From positions 78,433 through 142,432 of the forward strand of contig JBOEGF010000017.1 of the NCBI GenBank assembly GCA_050633305.1: a stretch of 64,000 bases of DNA, written 5' to 3'. Below the pieces are notes generated by a model. It saw only the letters and a program-made list of their open reading frames with translations. It did not search any database and was not told where the DNA came from. Position 1 is the stretch's first letter. Every line of letters begins with the position of its first letter. Made by a program: the position numbers and the translations under genes. Shown here one piece after another: positions 60,012 through 64,000 of the stretch. Source of the stretch: Nannocystales bacterium (GTDB lineage Bacteria; Myxococcota_A; Polyangia; Nannocystales; Nannocystaceae).

Positions 60012-62263
60012 TCCGCCCTTGGACCGCCCAATCTCGCCGCCTCGCGGCTCTGTGTCTCCTCGCATCCGCGTCCGCCTGCGGGGACAGCTCCGGCCGTGGC
60101 GACGGACCCGGCGAATGCACCGCGAGTCTTCTCCCGGGCGACTTGGTGATCACCGAGGTGATGGCCAACCCCGACGGCGCAGACAAGGGCCTCGAATGGT
60201 TCGAGGTCTACAACGCGACGGACTCCGAGATCGACCTCTCGGGAGTGCTGTTGCGTTTTCGGAAGGTGGACGGAAGCGGGGAGAAGATCCATCAAGTCCA
60301 GGACACGGTGATCGGGCCGGGCGAATACCTCGTCTTCGGAGACGCCGATCCCGAGGCTCCGCCGGACCACGTTGACTACGGTTACGGGGATGAACTCGGC
60401 GCGAGCGGCCTCACCAACAGCGGAGGGGAGCTCTCCGTCGGATGCGGCAGCGCCATCATCGATATCGCCCTCTACGAAGAGAGCGATGACGCGATTGCCC
60501 GGGCCTTTGACGGCACACGGGAGCCCGACGCTGTCGGCAACGACGACCTCGGCGCCTGGTGTGACGCCACCACGGAATACGCGGAAGGGGCCCTCGGGAC
60601 CCCCGGCGCCGGAAACGATCCGTGTTTCTCGGAGCAACCGACGACGTGCAACCAGGACGGTGTCCCACGGGACATCCTGCCCCCAACCCCGGGCGACGTC
60701 GTCATCACCGAGTTCATGCCCAACCCCGATGCAGTCGGCGACGATGAGGGAGAGTGGTTCGAACTCTACATCGTCAACGATTTCGACCTCAACGGCCTGG
60801 CCCTCACAAAGCTCGGCGACGAGGAACCCACGGACATCATCGGATCGGTCGACTGCATGCCCGCGGGCGCCGGCACCTACTTGCTCTTTGCCCACTCTGC
60901 GGATGCGACGGTCAATGGCGGCCTCCCACCGGTCGACCACCTCTTCACCATGTCGATGTCCAACACCTCGGAGAACGGAACCGGCATCTCCGTAGGTTGG
61001 GGCGGTCAGTTCCTGGACTCCGTCACCTGGACCAATAGCGGCACCGGGGCCAGTAGTCAGCTCAACCCCATGCTGCTCGACCCCACCCGCAACGACGAAG
61101 AGGATGCATTCTGCCTCTCCGAGGAACCGTACGGGGACGGCGACCTCGGATCTCCAGGCGCCGCCAACCCACCGTGCCCAGTCGAAGCCCCGGAGGGCTC
61201 GTGTGCGGACGAAGACGGGGCTCTTCGCGACATCGTCGCGCCGTCGGTCGGAGACCTCTGGATCACCGAGTTCATGCCCGATCCGTCCGCAGTGGGCGAC
61301 CCCGACGGCGAGTGGTTCGAGGTCCACGCGAACGCTGCCTTTGACCTCAACGCGCTCGAGTTTGGCCGCGAGGACGACGTGGAAGAGACGATCGACCTCG
61401 ACTCCTGCGCCCCAGTCGCGGCTGGAGACCGGATTCTGTTCGCAAAGAACGCTGAAGCCGCGACCAACGGCGGCCTGCCGGCGGTCGACTACGAGCTTGG
61501 GTTGTCTCTGCTCAACAGCAACGGCCGGCTCTTCATCGCGGCCGACGGCGAGGTGCTCGATGTCGTGACGTGGAGCGGGACGACCGCTGGGGCTTCGCGC
61601 TCACTCGACCCGTCCGTCTCGGGTCCTGAAGCCAACGACGACGAGGCCAACTGGTGCGACGCCGAAGCGCCCTACGGAGACGGCGACTTCGGAACCCCCG
61701 CCGCCGAAAACCTCGCATGTGGTGGGACTCCGGCCGGCACGTGCGACGACGGCGGCAACATCCGCGACGTAGTCTCCCCCAGCGCCGGAGACCTGGTCAT
61801 CACCGAGTGGATGCCCAACCCGGACGCTGTCGGCGATACCGACGGGGAGTGGTTCGAGGTTCTCGTCACCGCGAACGTCGACCTCAACGGCCTGCAGCTC
61901 GGCGACGACCCCGAGAGCCCCGACACCACAATCTCCCCCACCGGGGACTGCATCGCCGTGTCCTCGGGTACCCGCGTCGTCTTCGCTCGCAATGCCGACG
62001 CACTCACCAACGGAGGGGTCGAGTCGGCGATCGAGGCAGGCTTCACGCTGGGCAACGGCGGCGGCGCCCTGTTCGTCGGCATCGGGGGGGAAGTCCTCGA
62101 CCAGATCTCGTACTCGGACTCGGCCGCGGGCAGCTCCACCAGCGTTGCGCCCGGCTCCGAGGACACCGTCGCCAACGACGATGAACTCAACCACTGCGAG
62201 TCGAACACCCCGTACGGCGATGGCGACAACGGCACGCCCGGGGCGGAGAACGCATGCGGGTAG
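60008..62263 (+). CDS. Lipoprotein with four tandem lamin tail domains
   Basis: Lipobox SASAC; four GDLVITExMxNP...EWFEV...GTPG units starting at 60137, 60692, 61250, 61787. Confidence 0.88.
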   Translation: MIRPWTAQSRRLAALCLLASASACGDSSGRGDGPGECTASLLPGDLVITEVMANPDGADKGLEWFEVYNATDSEIDLSGVLLRFRKVDGSGEKIHQVQDTVIGPGEYLVFGDADPEAPPDHVDYGYGDELGASGLTNSGGELSVGCGSAIIDIALYEESDDAIARAFDGTREPDAVGNDDLGAWCDATTEYAEGALGTPGAGNDPCFSEQPTTCNQDGVPRDILPPTPGDVVITEFMPNPDAVGDDEGEWFELYIVNDFDLNGLALTKLGDEEPTDIIGSVDCMPAGAGTYLLFAHSADATVNGGLPPVDHLFTMSMSNTSENGTGISVGWGGQFLDSVTWTNSGTGASSQLNPMLLDPTRNDEEDAFCLSEEPYGDGDLGSPGAANPPCPVEAPEGSCADEDGALRDIVAPSVGDLWITEFMPDPSAVGDPDGEWFEVHANAAFDLNALEFGREDDVEETIDLDSCAPVAAGDRILFAKNAEAATNGGLPAVDYELGLSLLNSNGRLFIAADGEVLDVVTWSGTTAGASRSLDPSVSGPEANDDEANWCDAEAPYGDGDFGTPAAENLACGGTPAGTCDDGGNIRDVVSPSAGDLVITEWMPNPDAVGDTDGEWFEVLVTANVDLNGLQLGDDPESPDTTISPTGDCIAVSSGTRVVFARNADALTNGGVESAIEAGFTLGNGGGALFVGIGGEVLDQISYSDSAAGSSTSVAPGSEDTVANDDELNHCESNTPYGDGDNGTPGAENACG

Positions 62264-62733
62264 CCTTCGCAGGCCTACTCCTTCTGACCATCGCCGGGTG
62301 CGACACCTCCGAGGGTTCCAGCTGTGGACCCACGCAGGCGGTCGTCGCACGGGTGATCGATGGGGACACGGTCGAGTTGGACGACGGCTCGCGCGTTCGC
62401 TACCTGATGATCGACACCCCGGAGAGCACACAGGGCAAAGACGACTGTTTCGGGACCGAGTCGACCGAGCTCAACCGGATGTTGGTCGAAGGCAAGACCG
62501 TGACCCTTCGCTACGACGCGGAATGCACCGACCGCTACGATCGGCTCCTGGCGTACATCGAGGTCGATGGGCGCGAGATCAACAGCTTGATGGTCGAGCG
62601 GGGTGCGGCCTGCGTGCTGCACATCCCGCCCAACGGTGAGGACCGCGTCGACGAGTTCGAAGCCCTCGAGGACGAGGCCCGCGATGCGATGGTCGGAGTC
62701 TGGGGCGCGTGTGAGGACGTAACTTGTGACTAA
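62254..62733 (+). CDS. Thermonuclease (SNase-like) lipoprotein
   Basis: Lipobox TIAGC; VIDGDT, VRYLMIDTPE, DRYDRLLAYI, EDEARDAMVGVW. Confidence 0.92.
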   Translation: MRVAFAGLLLLTIAGCDTSEGSSCGPTQAVVARVIDGDTVELDDGSRVRYLMIDTPESTQGKDDCFGTESTELNRMLVEGKTVTLRYDAECTDRYDRLLAYIEVDGREINSLMVERGAACVLHIPPNGEDRVDEFEALEDEARDAMVGVWGACEDVTCD

Positions 62734-64000
62734 GCGCCTTTTACCAGTCTTGGCGCTCGGCGCTGCCCTGCTGGGCTCTTCTGCGGCAGACGCCGCCCAG
62801 TACGAGGTGTTCGTCGACGTCGACGACGAAGAAGACCTCTATGACCTGCAGGTCGCAGGTGAGATCAGCAGTGGGACGTTCGAGATTCTCGTCGACCAAA
62901 TCCGGCGCGGGGTCGACCTCAACACCGCAACTCGCGAGCAGTTGTACGCGCTGCCGAACCTGACGTACGAGGAAGTCGACGCGATCCTGGCCTATCGTGA
63001 GGAAGCCGGCCGAATCGGCGACCCTGCGGCCCTCGTTCTTGCCGGAGCGCTCCCTCGGCGAAAGCTAGCTTCAATCGCTGCGTTTCTCCTGGTCCCCGCG
63101 CCCGAGGGAAGCAAAACCGGAGTTCGCGGACAGGTCCGCTACAGGACCGTATGGACCTCGGAAGACGACCGCGTCCCACCGATGCTCCTGCAGACGCGGG
63201 TCTCAATGCTCCGGCACCTGACGGTCGGCGCAGCCGCCGTGCTCGACCGCAACCGCCTCGAGAATGCGGTCTGGGACCCCAACCGTGACGCCCTGACAAC
63301 CAACGGACCCCGCACAACGGCCCGGGTCCCGAAATACTTCGCGCAATGGGACACCCCGAAATGGGGAATCATCGGCGGTACCTACAACATCGGGTTTGGT
63401 CAGAAGCTCGTCTTCGATACCACCGGTCGCTATACGCCGAACGGGTTCACCTACGACGACACGATGTACCGGCAGACCGACCTCACGACCGAATGCCGGT
63501 TGTCGACGGGCGAGCTCTCCGAAACACCGTGCCCCCGGGACCAACCTCAGACCTACGTCACCCCGGACTACCGCGAACGGGTCCGGCAACGCGGTGTTGC
63601 GGTGGGCGCCAAGCATATCGACATGCCGGTCGGGTGGATGCAGGCCTATGGTTTTTTCTCGCATCAGACCAAGCCCATCTACTGGACGGGCGTCTACAAC
63701 TCCGACACATGCGACGACCCGCGGCTCGCCTCCGACTTGTTCGACGTCTGTGCCGCTCCCCCGGTGTACTTGGGCACCGCCTCCGACTCGCTCACCCCAG
63801 CCCCAAGCCTTCGGTACGCTTCGCTGCCGAACATGTACAACGAGGTTCTGGGCGGGACGAACATCAGCTACTTCGTCGACCGCCGCACGCATGTGGGTGT
63901 GACGGGCTACGGCAGTGGCGTGACATGGCTGACCGAGGGCGCGAACCTCGACTTCCAAGAATGGCAGCGCACGCCCTACGGTGGCCCGTTCGGAGCAGCC
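62726..64000 (+). CDS. Secreted helix-hairpin-helix (ComEA-like) protein with probable beta-barrel region (3' truncated; not in ORF track)
   Basis: Hand translation from GTG 62726, 425 codons with no stop: MTKRLLPVLALGAALLGSSAADA signal; VDLNTATREQLYALPNLTYEEVDAILAYR; then GIIGGTYNIGFGQKLVF, QRGVAVG, QAYGFFS, LGGTNISYF, HVGVTGY. Confidence 0.82.
   Translation, partial: MTKRLLPVLALGAALLGSSAADAAQYEVFVDVDDEEDLYDLQVAGEISSGTFEILVDQIRRGVDLNTATREQLYALPNLTYEEVDAILAYREEAGRIGDPAALVLAGALPRRKLASIAAFLLVPAPEGSKTGVRGQVRYRTVWTSEDDRVPPMLLQTRVSMLRHLTVGAAAVLDRNRLENAVWDPNRDALTTNGPRTTARVPKYFAQWDTPKWGIIGGTYNIGFGQKLVFDTTGRYTPNGFTYDDTMYRQTDLTTECRLSTGELSETPCPRDQPQTYVTPDYRERVRQRGVAVGAKHIDMPVGWMQAYGFFSHQTKPIYWTGVYNSDTCDDPRLASDLFDVCAAPPVYLGTASDSLTPAPSLRYASLPNMYNEVLGGTNISYFVDRRTHVGVTGYGSGVTWLTEGANLDFQEWQRTPYGGPFGAA

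Noticed and set aside
60137..62263. Repeated DNA segments as CRISPR or non-coding array
   Set aside because: In-frame coding LTD repeats of ~550 nt; no cas genes or repeat-spacer array seen anywhere in the window
58716..62733. Thermonucleases as anti-phage defence or toxin system
   Set aside because: All are lipoprotein-type exported proteins with no immunity, methylase or ATPase partners; context favours nutrient scavenging
63203..63958. 251-aa - strand ORF at the window end
   Set aside because: Antisense to the HhH protein frame starting at 62726, which has a signal peptide and recognisable motifs

Overview
GC-rich (roughly two-thirds G+C by eye), gene-dense bacterial chromosomal window. 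Gene content (TPR-tailed Ser/Thr kinases beside ECF sigma factors, EGF- and lamin-tail-domain lipoproteins, a DUF1592/DUF1552-type pair, very acidic exported proteins) points to a myxobacterium, probably Nannocystaceae-like (inference). About 55 CDS are supported. Housekeeping: dnaG-rpoD and class Ia nrdAB under tandem NrdR boxes plus a cobalamin riboswitch. There is an unusual concentration of nucleoside/nucleic-acid genes: pnuC + NadR-like kinase; PNP-deoC-ALDH16-deoA; add-nupC. The best candidate for an undescribed system is the overlapping five-gene operon at 58009-64000: a lamin-tail (LTD) lipoprotein, a thermonuclease lipoprotein, a 4xLTD lipoprotein, a second thermonuclease lipoprotein and a secreted helix-hairpin-helix + probable beta-barrel protein (missing from the ORF track; it runs off the window). 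It is divergent from add-nupC and may be a surface DNA capture/degradation ('DNA utilisation') locus. Many operon-first genes have TAnnnT 6-8 nt before the start codon, suggesting widespread leaderless mRNAs. No rRNA, tRNA, CRISPR array, intact transposase or prophage was seen. All calls come from reading motifs by eye; no database searches were run.
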